Positions 1-10,283 of a stretch of 64,000 bases of DNA are shown piece after piece. The translations under genes were made by a program, and so were the position numbers. The notes under the pieces are model-generated. The model saw only the letters and a program-made list of their open reading frames with translations. It made no database searches and was not told where the DNA came from. Origin of the DNA: Thermoanaerobaculia bacterium (GTDB lineage: Bacteria; Acidobacteriota; Thermoanaerobaculia; UBA5066); the NCBI GenBank assembly GCA_963816185.1, contig CAWFJJ010000001.1, positions 96,001 through 160,000 on the forward strand, written 5' to 3'. Within the stretch, counting starts at the first letter, position 1. Every line of letters begins with the position of its first letter.

Positions 1-64
1 TGCCAAGGGCGTGGGTCAGGATATAAGGCCCGAACGGCCGCGGGCTCGGTGCGGAGACGCTCAT
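1..64 (-). CDS. 5' end of a gene running off the window; possible Ser/Thr kinase-like N-terminus
   Basis: ATG at 64 reads MSVSAPSPRPFGPYILTHALG; FGxYxLxxxLG resembles the start of Hanks-type kinases; only 21 codons visible. Confidence 0.35.
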   Translation of the reverse strand, partial: MSVSAPSPRPFGPYILTHALG

Positions 65-107
65 GAGCTTTTCGGAAACGGACCATCCAGTGTAGCAGGC
101 AGAGGCG

Positions 108-1197
108 TCAACGGTCGGCGGCCTGCGCCGCCCGGCGCGTCTGGCGGTAGCGCGCGGCGTTCCGTTGCTGCTCTTCGTAATCCGCGGAGAAAGAGTGCGA
201 CCCGTCGCCCGCCGCCACGAAGTAGAGGAACGAGACGTCCGCGGGGGCGATCGCCGCCTTCAGGGAGGCGAGCCCGGGGTTGCAGATCGGGCCCGGCGGC
301 AGGCCCGGGTTCACATACGTGTTGAAGGGCTCATCCACGGTCAGCTCGGAGCGCGCGAGAGAGCCGCGCCAGATCCCGAGCCGCTTGAGAGCGTAGATCG
401 TGGTCGGATCGCACTGAAGGAGCATCCCCTTGCGCAGGCGATTCCGGTAGACCGCCGCCACGACCGGCCGTTCAGCGGTGACGGCCGTCTCCTTTTCGAC
501 GAGCGAAGCGAGAGTCGTGGCCTGGAGCAGCGTCATTCCCTGCGCGCGCGCCTTCTGCTCGAAACCTTCGGGAAGTCGATGGGCGAACTGGCGCGTCATC
601 GCGCCGAGAATCTCGTGCGCGCCCATCGAGCGCGTGACGACGTACGTGTCCGGAAACAGGAAGCCCTCGAGCGTGGGCGCGTCCTTCGGGACGCCGTCGA
701 ACGCGTTCGGGTTTCTGGAACAGAGCCTGAAAGTCGTGCATCGTGGAAAAGTTCTGCGACGAGAAGAGCGTGAAGACCTCGTCGGCCGTGAACCCTTCGG
801 GGACCGTGATCCGATAGGTCACGACGTCGCCGGCGACGATCGAAAGGACGACCTGCTCCGGCGTGCGGGGCCCCGTGAAGCGGTATTCGCCCGCCTTGAG
901 CGTCTTGCCCGGATAAAGAACCTTGAGGGCGACGATGCCGAGCCGCCAGTCGCGAAGAATGCCTTTCGACTGGAGCATCTCGAAGACGCTCGCGGACGGC
1001 GTCCTGGGAGCGATCGACACGATGACCTCTTCGCCCGGGTAGCCCTGATACGGCGTCCGGAGGAGGAAGGACACGAGCGCGAGGCCCACGGCGATCGCGA
1101 CGACGATGAGGGCGAGCAGCCACGCGAGGAGGGACGTGGCGTGGCGCCTGTGGGCCGAGCGGTGCTCGAGCACGGGCGGCTTCGGCGGGCGCCTCAG
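108..1197 (-). CDS. mltG: Endolytic transglycosylase MltG (frameshift near 710)
   Basis: N-terminal TM helix, LKAGEYRF, ITVPEG; removing one C near 709-711 restores LEGFLFPDTY; C-terminal ASLVEKE, LQCDPT, GLPPGPICNPG. Start is probably CTG overlapping the ruvX stop. Confidence 0.9.
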
Positions 1198-1622
1198 CGC
1201 GTGCCTCGCGCCTCGTCGCGCTCGAAGAAGTAGTCGCGGAGAAGGACGGCCGCCGCTTCCGCGTCCCGCGCCGTCTTTCGTCGTCGCGCGCCGAGGCCCG
1301 CGTCGACGAGCGCCCCCTCGGCGGCGGCGGTCGTGAGCCCTTCGCCGTGGAGGTCCACCGGGAGGCCCGACGACTCGTGGAGGCGCCGGGCGAAGCTCCG
1401 CACGCGCCGCGCCCATGTGCCCTCGCTGCCGTCCGCGCTCACCGGATGGCCCACCACGATGCGAAGGACCTCACGCTCCTTCGCGGCGGCGGCGATGGCG
1501 GCCGCGGCCTGTGCGTCGCTCTTTCGCGGAACGACGCCTACCGGCACGACGACCCGGCCGGTCTCGTCCGAGACGGCGAGGCCGATCCGCTTCTCGCCGA
1601 AATCGACCGCGAGGACACGCAC
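1194..1622 (-). CDS. ruvX: Holliday junction resolvase-like RuvX/YqgF
   Basis: MRVLAVDFGEKRIGLAVSD, IVVGHP, D..AA.VLL; usual neighbour of mltG. Confidence 0.92.
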   Translation of the reverse strand: MRVLAVDFGEKRIGLAVSDETGRVVVPVGVVPRKSDAQAAAAIAAAAKEREVLRIVVGHPVSADGSEGTWARRVRSFARRLHESSGLPVDLHGEGLTTAAAEGALVDAGLGARRRKTARDAEAAAVLLRDYFFERDEARGTR

Positions 1623-1722
1623 AACCCGAATCGTAAGAGGCCCCCTCGGCGAAGTCCACTCGGGCTACAATTCCGCTCTTGGCCGGTCCGCGCCGCGGAG
1701 CCGGCTCCGGGAGCACATCTTC

Positions 1723-2901
1723 ATGAACGACGTTTTCGTCCTCTCAGCCGCCCGGACGCCGGTCGGCACGTTTCTTGGTGCGCTCGCGCCTCTTTCGGCT
1801 TCGCGCCTCGGCGCCGTCGCGATCAAAGCCGCGGTCGAGCGCGCGGAAGTTCCCGCCTCTTCGGTGTCTCAGGTGTGGATGGGGAACGTCCTGCAGGCGG
1901 GCCAGGGCCAGGCGCCTGCGCGGCAGGCGGCGCTCGCCGCGGACCTGCCTCCCTCCACCGGCTGCATCACGGTTCACAAGGTTTGCGGGTCCGGGATGCG
2001 GTCGGTGATGGATGCCGCGAACGCGCTCCGCGCGGGGGAGTTTGACGTGGCCGTCGCCGGCGGCATGGAATCCATGTCGAACGCGCCGTATCTCCTTCCG
2101 AAGGGCCGCCTGGGTTTGCGCATGGGCCACGGCCAGCTTCTCGACTCGATGATCTCGGACGGCCTCTGGGACCCGTACAAGAACATCCACATGGGCAACT
2201 GCGCGGAGCTCTGCGCCGCGAAGTACTCGTTCACCCGCGAAGCGCAGGATGCATTCGCACTCGAGAGCTACCAGCGCGCGCGCCGTGCGAACGAAGCGGG
2301 CGATTTCAAGGCCGAGTTCGCTCCCGTGACGATCGAGACCAAGAAGGGTCCCGTCGTCGTGGATCGCGACGAGGAGCCTTTCGCGACGCCGCTCGAGAAG
2401 CTCGAGAAGATGGGAACCCTCAAGCCGGCTTTCCAGAAGGACGGCACCGTGACCGCCGCGAATTCGTCGAAGATCAACGACGGCGCGTCGGCGCTCGTTC
2501 TCGTGTCCGAAGCGGGCCTCGGAAACGGCAAGCCGATCGCCCGGATCGTCGCGCAGGCCTCGCACGCCCAGGAGCCGGAATGGTTCACGACGGCGCCCGT
2601 CGCAGCCGCGCGCAAGGCGGCCGAAAAGGCCGGGATCCCGCTTTCCCAGATCGACATTTTCGAGGTGAACGAGGCGTTCGCGGTCGTCGCGATGGCGTTC
2701 ATCTCTGACCTCTCTCTCGATCCGAACAAGGTGAACGTGAACGGCGGGGCCGTGGCCCTCGGCCACCCGATCGGCTCGTCGGGCTCGCGCATCCTGACGA
2801 CGCTTATCCACGCGCTGCGAGCCCGCAAGAAGAAGTACGGCCTCGCCTCGATCTGTATCGGGGGCGGCGAAGCCACGGCCGTCGTCGTCGAAGCGCTCTA
2901 G
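1723..2901 (+). CDS. atoB: Acetyl-CoA C-acetyltransferase (thiolase)
   Basis: KVCGSG active Cys, [22 protein letters not shown]. Confidence 0.93.
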   Translation: MNDVFVLSAARTPVGTFLGALAPLSASRLGAVAIKAAVERAEVPASSVSQVWMGNVLQAGQGQAPARQAALAADLPPSTGCITVHKVCGSGMRSVMDAANALRAGEFDVAVAGGMESMSNAPYLLPKGRLGLRMGHGQLLDSMISDGLWDPYKNIHMGNCAELCAAKYSFTREAQDAFALESYQRARRANEAGDFKAEFAPVTIETKKGPVVVDRDEEPFATPLEKLEKMGTLKPAFQKDGTVTAANSSKINDGASALVLVSEAGLGNGKPIARIVAQASHAQEPEWFTTAPVAAARKAAEKAGIPLSQIDIFEVNEAFAVVAMAFISDLSLDPNKVNVNGGAVALGHPIGSSGSRILTTLIHALRARKKKYGLASICIGGGEATAVVVEAL

Positions 2902-2911
2902 AATCGGGCCG

Positions 2912-3625
2912 ATGATCGACAAGGTCGTCCGCGGGGCCTCGCCTCAGGAAGCAGCGGCCAAGGCCGTCCAGGACGTCCCGTCCGGCGCGACCCTCCTCGT
3001 GGGCGGGTTCGGCCTCTGCGGAATCCCCGAGAACCTCATCGCGGCGCTCGCGGCGAGCGACGTCCAGGGCCTCACATGCGTCTCGAACAACTGCGGCGTG
3101 GACGACTGGGGCCTCGGCATCCTCCTCGGGAAGAGGAAAATCCGGAAAATGATCTCGTCCTACGTCGGCGAGAACGCGGAGTTCGAGAGGCAGTACCTCG
3201 CGGGCGAGCTCGAGCTGGAGTTCTGCCCGCAAGGCACGCTCGCCGAGCGGTTGCGCGCGGGCGGCGCGGGGATCGCCGGCTTCTACACGCCGACGGGCGC
3301 CGGCACGATCGTGGCCGAGGGCAAGGAGACGAAGGTCTTCGACGGCCGGGAATACATCTTGGAGCGCGGCCTCGTGGGGGACTTTGCGCTCGTCGCCGCG
3401 TGGAAGGCCGACCGGCTCGGCAACCTCGTCTACCGGAAGACCGCGCGTAACTTCAACCCGATGGCCGCGACGGCCGGAAAGATCACGGTCGCCGAGGTCG
3501 AGGAGCTCGTCGAGCCGGGCGCTCTGGATCCGGACGAGGTCGACACGCCCGGCATCTTCGTCAAGCGCGTGGTCGTGGCGCCGCGCATCAAGCGCATCGA
3601 ACGGCGCACGGTGCGGAAGGGCTGA
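2912..3625 (+). CDS. scoA: 3-oxoacid CoA-transferase subunit A
   Basis: [42 protein letters not shown]. Confidence 0.95.
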   Translation: MIDKVVRGASPQEAAAKAVQDVPSGATLLVGGFGLCGIPENLIAALAASDVQGLTCVSNNCGVDDWGLGILLGKRKIRKMISSYVGENAEFERQYLAGELELEFCPQGTLAERLRAGGAGIAGFYTPTGAGTIVAEGKETKVFDGREYILERGLVGDFALVAAWKADRLGNLVYRKTARNFNPMAATAGKITVAEVEELVEPGALDPDEVDTPGIFVKRVVVAPRIKRIERRTVRKG

Positions 3626-3627
3626 GG

Positions 3628-4290
3628 ATGGCGAAGCTCGACCGGGACGGCATCGTCCGGCGCGCGGCCAAGGAGCTCCGCGACGGCATGTACGTGAACC
3701 TCGGCATCGGAATGCCGACGCTCGTCTCGAACTCCATCCCGGAGGGCATGGAGGTCATCCTTCAGTCCGAGAACGGCATCCTCGGCATGGGTCCATACCC
3801 CACCGAGAGCGAGGTCGACCCCGACCTCATCAACGCCGGGAAGGAGACCGTGACGGTCATTCCCGGCGCCGCGTTCTTCTCGTCGGCCGACTCCTTCGCG
3901 ATGATCCGCGGCGGCCACATCGATCTCTGCATCCTGGGCGCGATGCAGGTCGACGCCGAGGGGTCGATCGCGAACTGGATGATCCCCGGGAAGCTCGTGA
4001 AAGGCATGGGCGGCGCGATGGACCTCGTCGCGGCGGCGCGGCGCATCGTCGTCACGATGGAGCATGTCGCGAAGAACGGCGGGAAAAAGATCCTGAACCG
4101 CTGCACGCTTCCGCTGACCGGCAAGGGCTGTGTCCACCGCATCATCACCGACCTCGCCGTCCTCGACGTGAAGAAGGGGGGAGGCCTCGTCCTCGTCGAG
4201 CGCGCGCCGGGGGTCTCGGTGGACGAGATCCGTGCCGCCACGGAGCCGCCGCTCGAGACCAGGGGCGACGTGCCCGAGATGAAGGTCTGA
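3628..4290 (+). CDS. scoB: 3-oxoacid CoA-transferase subunit B
   Basis: [13 protein letters not shown] catalytic motif, GMGGAMDL. Confidence 0.95.
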   Translation: MAKLDRDGIVRRAAKELRDGMYVNLGIGMPTLVSNSIPEGMEVILQSENGILGMGPYPTESEVDPDLINAGKETVTVIPGAAFFSSADSFAMIRGGHIDLCILGAMQVDAEGSIANWMIPGKLVKGMGGAMDLVAAARRIVVTMEHVAKNGGKKILNRCTLPLTGKGCVHRIITDLAVLDVKKGGGLVLVERAPGVSVDEIRAATEPPLETRGDVPEMKV

Positions 4291-4354
4291 CGGGCGCGCC
4301 GATTGCTCCCTCTCGAGACTTGTGGCGTTTTGGCAGGGGAACCGGTCTGCAAAT

Positions 4355-4450
4355 TTCTTCGAAGGTGAATGGGGCAAGGCGCGCGCCGAACCGGCTGAAT
4401 CCTGTCGCGGCGCCCCGGCGCGCCACAGCGCCATGTTCCCCTTCTAAGAA
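4355..4450. repeat. Palindromic repeat family A, copy 1
   Basis: Left end TTCTTCGAAGGTGAATGGGG; right end TTCCCCTTCTAAGAA (13/15 inverted match); left end nearly identical to copy at 39437. Confidence 0.75.
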
Positions 4451-6701
4451 GAAATACCATTGCCGTCTGCTTCGCCTGCTGCTCTTTTGCGTTGCCCTCA
4501 CCGTCTGCACGGGAGCAAGTCTCTCTCTTTCCCAATCTTCGTTCGATACCGACCCCTTCTCCGCTCGCTTCCGCGAGCGCGGCGGGTGGGAGCCGAAATT
4601 CAAGCTGCCCGAGAAGGGCGGGACGATCCGCATCACCATCGACGCGGGCGAGCCCGGGGGGCCGCAAGGCAAGCAGACGTTCATCGAGGAGGACTTCTTC
4701 ACCGCGGACGCGCCGCCCGGCAAATTCGTCACGATCGAGTACCAGGACGTCAAGCTCATGGCGCACAGCGTGCACGGCAGCCTGAAGCAGAAGACCGTCG
4801 TGGCCGAGGGCGACGTCACCTTCGAGCAGGGCGCCTCGCGGATGTGTGGCGTCCGGCTCGAGCTGGATCTCGTCGAGAAGACGGGTGTCCTCACGGACGG
4901 CAGCGTGGACCTCGAGGGCGGGCTCCACCTGAAGGGCGCGACGCTCGCGAAGGTCGGGCCTCGTACGTTCTCGCTCACGGATGGTGTCGTGACGTCCTGC
5001 GAGGGCGAGAATCCGGCCTGGAAATTCAAGGTCAGGAGCGGGACCGTGACGCTCGAGGATTTCGCACGCCTGAAGGGCGTCACGTTCTCGATGGGGGGCG
5101 TTCCTCTCCTCTACACGCCTTATCTCATCTGGCCGGCGCTGAGGGACCGGGCTTCGGGCTTCCTCATTCCCGGTCTTGGCTACAACTCGAACCGGGGCGG
5201 GTATTTCGGCATGTCGTATTACTGGGCGATCTCGCGCTCCGCCGACGCCACGTTCTCGGCCGATTTCTACACGAAGGGGTACTACGGCCTCGGCACCGAG
5301 CTCCGGGCGCGCCCGTCCGAGGGAACACACGTCGAGGGCACGTATTACACGATCTACGACCCCACGGTTCAGCACTGGCAGTGGCAGACGATCGGGACGC
5401 TCGTTTCGAACGACCTGGGGCCGAAGCTGCGCGCCGTGGTCACCTGGCTCGAATTCTCGGACCCGACGTTCTTTCAGAGCTTCAACGCGAATTTCGCCCT
5501 CTCCTCGGCGCGCACCATCGGGAGCGAAGCCTTCGTCACATGGAGCCCCGATCCGTTCGCCCTGAATCTCCGAGTCACGCGCAACGAGGCGCTCGGCTAC
5601 GGCACGGGCAACATCGTGAACGAGCGCCTGCCGACGCTCGAGGCCAGCCTGCGCCCGACCCCTTTCTTCGGCCAGGCGGTGTTCGTCGAAGCCTCGGGGC
5701 AGGCGGGCCTGCTCAGCACGAACCGGGGCAACGGCCTGCCGTCCGGCACGTACGACCGCTTCGACCTCTTCCCGAAGGTAAACGTGCCGCTCTCGCTCTT
5801 CCCCTGGCTCTCGCTCGAGGGCACGGCAGGCGGGCGGCTGACGACCTACGGGAAGTCGCTCTCAGGCGACGGAACGACCCTCGAGGACGTCCGTTACAAC
5901 CGGGAAGCTCTGTCGACGGAAGTCTCCCTGACGGGCCCCGCTTTCTCGCGACTCTTCGACGGAACGCTGGGACCGTTCACGAAGTTCAAGCACGTGATCG
6001 AACCACGCGTCGTCTGGGACTACCTCGCGGGGCGTGACAGTTTCGCGCCGACGCCCCTTTTCGACGAAGTCGACTCCCTCATTCCAACGAACGTGATCCG
6101 GTATTCGCTGCTCCAGCATTTCCTCGCCAAGGGAAAAGAGGGGGGCTCGCGCGAGATCGCTTCGTTCGAGATCGCACGGAGCTATTACGTGAGGCTTCCG
6201 GGCGAGGGAACGGCCTTTCCGTTCGACCCGAGCGTTCAGAAGAGCTCCCCTCTGGACTTCATCCTCCGCGTCAACGCGACGTCGGCCCTCAACCTGGACG
6301 CGAGGACGACCTGGGACCCCCACACGAATCAGGTCACGGCCGCGAGCATGACGGCCGTCCTGTCGGGAGCCGAGCGGACCCTCGCGCTCTCGCTCTTCGA
6401 CAGCCACCCGGTGGTGATTCCGGCCTCGCTCGACCCCGGCGCCTCCGCCCAGCTGAGGGTGTCGGGGGGGATGCCGATCCTGCCGAAGCGCCTCCGGTTC
6501 GACGTGGAGGCGAATTACGACCTCACGAAAGGCCGCATGCTCGAGTCGCGCTCTCTGTTGACCCTCCAGGCGGCCTGCTTCAAAATCCTCGCGGAATACA
6601 GGGATTTGCGCACCGGGGTCGTGCCTTCGAGGGATTTCCGGGTGGCTCTGACCCTGAAAAACGTGGGCAGCTTTCTCGACTTCACCGGGAGCCTTCCGTG
6701 A
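4365..6701 (+). CDS. lptD: LPS-assembly protein LptD-like outer-membrane beta-barrel (start uncertain)
   Basis: Signal-like segment RLLRLLLFCVALTVC, OstA-type region (VVAEGDVTFEQG), VPLLYTPYLIWP..RDRASGFLIP, KHVIEP. Confidence 0.8.
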   Translation: MNGARRAPNRLNPVAAPRRATAPCSPSKKKYHCRLLRLLLFCVALTVCTGASLSLSQSSFDTDPFSARFRERGGWEPKFKLPEKGGTIRITIDAGEPGGPQGKQTFIEEDFFTADAPPGKFVTIEYQDVKLMAHSVHGSLKQKTVVAEGDVTFEQGASRMCGVRLELDLVEKTGVLTDGSVDLEGGLHLKGATLAKVGPRTFSLTDGVVTSCEGENPAWKFKVRSGTVTLEDFARLKGVTFSMGGVPLLYTPYLIWPALRDRASGFLIPGLGYNSNRGGYFGMSYYWAISRSADATFSADFYTKGYYGLGTELRARPSEGTHVEGTYYTIYDPTVQHWQWQTIGTLVSNDLGPKLRAVVTWLEFSDPTFFQSFNANFALSSARTIGSEAFVTWSPDPFALNLRVTRNEALGYGTGNIVNERLPTLEASLRPTPFFGQAVFVEASGQAGLLSTNRGNGLPSGTYDRFDLFPKVNVPLSLFPWLSLEGTAGGRLTTYGKSLSGDGTTLEDVRYNREALSTEVSLTGPAFSRLFDGTLGPFTKFKHVIEPRVVWDYLAGRDSFAPTPLFDEVDSLIPTNVIRYSLLQHFLAKGKEGGSREIASFEIARSYYVRLPGEGTAFPFDPSVQKSSPLDFILRVNATSALNLDARTTWDPHTNQVTAASMTAVLSGAERTLALSLFDSHPVVIPASLDPGASAQLRVSGGMPILPKRLRFDVEANYDLTKGRMLESRSLLTLQAACFKILAEYRDLRTGVVPSRDFRVALTLKNVGSFLDFTGSLP

Positions 6702-8056
6702 CCCGTTTAGGTCCGAGAGAGATTGCGCCCCGTTGCGACACTTCCAACGTGGCCCGATTCAGGACCCTCGGCTTAATCCTTGTGCTGCTTCTCCTTCCGT
6801 CCAGACTGCGGGGCGACGGGGCGGCTACGAACACGACCTGCGCGGGAGCTCTCGCTGTCGACCCGGCCGCACTGCCGTGGTCCTCGACAGGCGTGGACAC
6901 CAGCGATGTCGAGGGCGAAGGCGATCCTCCCGTCTTTCCGTGCTACACGAAGGGACAGCTTTCGACGGGCGGTCAGGCGCCCCCGGGTCGCCTCGTCTGG
7001 TATTCCTTCACGCCCACGGTCTCCGACACCTACCGGATCGACACGATCGGCACGACGCCCGCCGCCGACTACGACACGATCCTCGGCGTGTACACCGGCT
7101 CGTGCGGATCTCTCAATTCTGTCTCGGGAATCTGCCGCCAGAACGGGTTTTTTCCCGACGACGCGCCCGGGTCGCTGCAGTCGTCCGTGACGCTCCTCCT
7201 GTCGGCAGGCACGACGTACACGATCGCCGTCGGCGGCATCGGACGGCCGAATGGCTTCACGGGCCAGTTCGAGCCCTCGAAGGGCGGTCTCCTCCAGCTG
7301 AACGTCTCCCGCGTGGCGGTCGGGTATCCGTACGTTTACCTGCTCCCGTCGGTTGCGCGCACGGGTGGCTTCGTGAGTGACCTCTCGGTCACGAACGTGG
7401 AACCCGCGGACGGCCAGTTCTTCGTCCAGTATCTCGGACACGGCAACGACGGCGACCTGAACGTCCCGGAGCTGCAGCCGTTCTCCAGCCCCCAGCACCT
7501 CGCGCCGTCCGGCACTCGCGAAATCAAGGACGTCCTCGGCTCGCTTTTCTCGATTTCCTCGGATTTCGGCGCCCTCGTCGTTCAGTCCACGACTCGGCTG
7601 CTCATCGGCGCGCGGACCGCGGCGCCCGCGCCCGGGGGTGCGGGCACGTTCGGCATGTTCACCGAGGCGGTGGACGTGTCCTCCGGCTCTGCGTCCACCC
7701 TCGCGCTCGTGTTCGGGGAGACGGGGCGCTTCGTCGCCGTTCGGGAGGACGCGTCCGCGCGGACGAACCTCGTTCTCGTGAACCCGTCGATGACGCCCTG
7801 CTCCGTCCAGTCCAAGGTGCTGGACGGCGGCGGGAACCTGCTGGGGTCCGCCCGAACGTTCACGGTCCCGCCGCACACGATGATTCAGAAGAACCGTCTC
7901 AAGGACACTTACGGAATCCCGGGCGCGGTAGAGGCCGCTTCGGTCCTCGTGACGAACGTGACGCCCGGCTGTGCCGTGGCCGGGAGCGCTTACGTGGTCG
8001 ACGGGAACACGGCGGCCGGCACGAACGATCCCTTCGCGGTGCCGCTGCGCAAATAG
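6698..8056 (+). CDS. Secreted beta-rich protein with PPC-like domain and a C-terminal domain seen in Acidobacteria exported proteins
   Basis: Signal peptide, VWYSFTP..DTYRIDT..DYDTILGVYTG; C-terminal LLPSVAR/RTNLVLVN/VVDG..TNDP; GTGA overlap with lptD. Confidence 0.65.
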   Translation: MTRLGPREIAPRCDTSNVARFRTLGLILVLLLLPSRLRGDGAATNTTCAGALAVDPAALPWSSTGVDTSDVEGEGDPPVFPCYTKGQLSTGGQAPPGRLVWYSFTPTVSDTYRIDTIGTTPAADYDTILGVYTGSCGSLNSVSGICRQNGFFPDDAPGSLQSSVTLLLSAGTTYTIAVGGIGRPNGFTGQFEPSKGGLLQLNVSRVAVGYPYVYLLPSVARTGGFVSDLSVTNVEPADGQFFVQYLGHGNDGDLNVPELQPFSSPQHLAPSGTREIKDVLGSLFSISSDFGALVVQSTTRLLIGARTAAPAPGGAGTFGMFTEAVDVSSGSASTLALVFGETGRFVAVREDASARTNLVLVNPSMTPCSVQSKVLDGGGNLLGSARTFTVPPHTMIQKNRLKDTYGIPGAVEAASVLVTNVTPGCAVAGSAYVVDGNTAAGTNDPFAVPLRK

Positions 8057-8088
8057 GGGCGCGGTCTCCCGTGTAGACTTCCCCGTTC

Positions 8089-8946
8089 GTGCAGGCGGTC
8101 ATTCTGGGAGCCGGTGGAATGCTCGGGCGGGCGCTCGGACGCGAGTTCCCGGAGGCCGATCGTTTCACCCGCGCGGCCCTCGACATCACCGATAGCGCCG
8201 CCGTTCGCGCGGCTCTCGGTCCGGAAACGCGGCTCGTCCTGAACGCCGCGGCTGATACGCGCGTCGACACGGCCGAAACCGACCCGCACCACGTCAAGGT
8301 CAACGTCATCGCGGTGGGAGCGCTCGCGGCGCTCTGCCGAAAGCTGGACGCGATGCTCGTACACGTGTCGACCGATTACGTGTTCTCCGGAAAGGGAATC
8401 CGTCCCTATCGCGAGGACGACCCCGTCGACCCCGTGAACGCGTACGGCCGCGCCAAGCTCATGGGGGAGCGGCGCGCGTTCGAGGAAGGTGATGAGGTGC
8501 TCGTCGTCCGGACCTCGTGGGTGTTCGGCATGGGCGGCGTGAACTTCGTGGACACGATCCTGAAGAAAGTCGAGAGCGGCGCACGCGAGCTCTCGGTGGT
8601 GGACGACCAGGTTGCGCGACCCGCGTACGCGGCCGATGTCGCGCACGCGATCCGCGAGCTCGTCGAGAAGAGGGTCACCGGTGTCGTTCACTTCGCGAAC
8701 GCGGGAGAGGCCACGTGGTACGAGCTCGCCTCCGAAGCGATCGCGCGCGAAGGCCACACGGAGGTCCGCGTGAAGGCCGTTTCGACGTCGGAATTTCCCC
8801 GCCCCGCACGTCGCCCCCGGTGGTCGGTCCTCGACACGTCGCTCTACGAGCGCCTGACGGGCCGCGCTCCGCGCTCCTGGCGAGAGGCTCTCGGAGATTA
8901 TCTCGCGGAGCGCCGCGCCGCCGCGCCCGCACGCCCCGCCTTATGA
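8089..8946 (+). CDS. rfbD: dTDP-4-dehydrorhamnose reductase-like SDR
   Basis: GAGGMLG, STDYVFSG, YGRAK, VVDDQ, PARRP. Confidence 0.88.
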   Translation: MQAVILGAGGMLGRALGREFPEADRFTRAALDITDSAAVRAALGPETRLVLNAAADTRVDTAETDPHHVKVNVIAVGALAALCRKLDAMLVHVSTDYVFSGKGIRPYREDDPVDPVNAYGRAKLMGERRAFEEGDEVLVVRTSWVFGMGGVNFVDTILKKVESGARELSVVDDQVARPAYAADVAHAIRELVEKRVTGVVHFANAGEATWYELASEAIAREGHTEVRVKAVSTSEFPRPARRPRWSVLDTSLYERLTGRAPRSWREALGDYLAERRAAAPARPAL

Positions 8947-10283
8947 CGTTGACGAAGCCCGAGGCAGCGCGAAAAGCGCTGCATATCGGGATGGCGGGGT
9001 TTGCGCTGCTTCTGCCGGGGATTTCGTGGGCAGCAGCTCTGGCTGCAGCGGGATTCGCCGTTCTCTTCAATGCGTTCCTCCTGCCCCGGGTGATGCCGTA
9101 TTTTCTTAGAAGGGAAGAGGGGGAACGGCGCTTCTCCGTCGGGATCACGCTCTACGCGGCCACGGTGCTCCTCCTGATCGTCCTCTTTCGAAGAAATCTC
9201 CCGGTCGCCGCCGCAGGATGGGGATACCTGGCTTTCGGCGACGGCTTTGCCTCCGTTTTCGGGATGACCCTTGCCGGACCGCGCCTCCCGTGGAACCCGC
9301 GAAAGACGTTTTCCGGCCTCCTCGGATATGTCGTCTTCGGCTTTCTCGGCGCGTCTTTTCTCTATGGATTCCTCTCCTCCCGGGTTCCTTCTTCCTCCGA
9401 GCTGATCTGTCTTTTCGCGGGCGCCCTCGCGGGCGCTGCGATCGAGAGCCTCCCTTCCGAGCTGGACGACAACGTCCTGCCGCCGCTCGTGGGAGCCGCG
9501 GTTCTTTGGTGTCTGCTCGCGACGCGCGCCGGATGGTCGGGCGTTCTCGAGCCGGGTGCGCTTCGCGGCGGGCTCGTCGCGCTCGGAATCAACGTCGCGG
9601 TCTCCTCGGCGACGCTCGCTCTCCGGCTCGTCCGCCCGTCCGGCGCGCTCCTCGGGGCGCTCCTCGGGACGATCGTCCTCGCGTTCGGCGGCGCGTCCCT
9701 CTATCTTTCGCTCTGGGTCTTTTTCGGCGTCGGGACGCTCGCCACGCGTTTCCGCCGGGCACGCAAGGAGGCGATCGGGAAGGCGGAGGAGAAGGGCGGG
9801 CGGCGGGGCGCGGCGAACGTCCTCTCGAACGTGTCCGTCGCCGCGTTCTGCGCGCTCGTGGCGGGTCTGGCGCCGGGCGGCGACTTCTTCCGCCTCGCAT
9901 CCGCGGCCGCTCTCGCGACGGCCCTCATGGATACGGTCGGGACGGAGATCGGCCAGGCCATCGCGTCGCCGACGGCCCTCCTCCCGGACCTCCGGCGAGT
10001 TCCGGCAGGCACGGACGGCGCCGTTTCCGTGGCGGGCACGCTGGCCGGGCTCGCGGCGGCGATGATCCTCGCCGCGGTCGGCCTCGCGACGACCCTTCTC
10101 ACGGCGCGCGGGGCCGTGGCCGTCGTCCTCGCGGCCTGCGTCGGCACCGTCCTGGAAAGCCTCCTCGGCCGAGCGGGGGCGCCCTGGCGGATCTCGAATG
10201 GCCACGTCCTGAACTTCGTGAACACGCTGGCGGGAGCCGCCGCCGCGCCGGCTCTTCTCCGGGCCCTCGGGAGCCTCTCGTGA
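8943..10283 (+). CDS. Fusion of a CTP-dependent prenol/phytol/dolichol kinase-like domain and a DUF92 domain
   Basis: N-half RKALHI, GDGFAS..G, NPRKTFSG, AIESL..DDN; C-half GGRRGAANV, DTVGTEIG, VPAGTDGAVS.AGT, ESLLG, NFVNT. Confidence 0.8.
   Translation: MTLTKPEAARKALHIGMAGFALLLPGISWAAALAAAGFAVLFNAFLLPRVMPYFLRREEGERRFSVGITLYAATVLLLIVLFRRNLPVAAAGWGYLAFGDGFASVFGMTLAGPRLPWNPRKTFSGLLGYVVFGFLGASFLYGFLSSRVPSSSELICLFAGALAGAAIESLPSELDDNVLPPLVGAAVLWCLLATRAGWSGVLEPGALRGGLVALGINVAVSSATLALRLVRPSGALLGALLGTIVLAFGGASLYLSLWVFFGVGTLATRFRRARKEAIGKAEEKGGRRGAANVLSNVSVAAFCALVAGLAPGGDFFRLASAAALATALMDTVGTEIGQAIASPTALLPDLRRVPAGTDGAVSVAGTLAGLAAAMILAAVGLATTLLTARGAVAVVLAACVGTVLESLLGRAGAPWRISNGHVLNFVNTLAGAAAAPALLRALGSLS

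Noticed and set aside
3384-4364. 1105-aa ORF suggesting a long N-terminal extension of LptD
   Set aside because: The upstream part is an alternative frame of scoA/scoB; stop codons are rare at high GC
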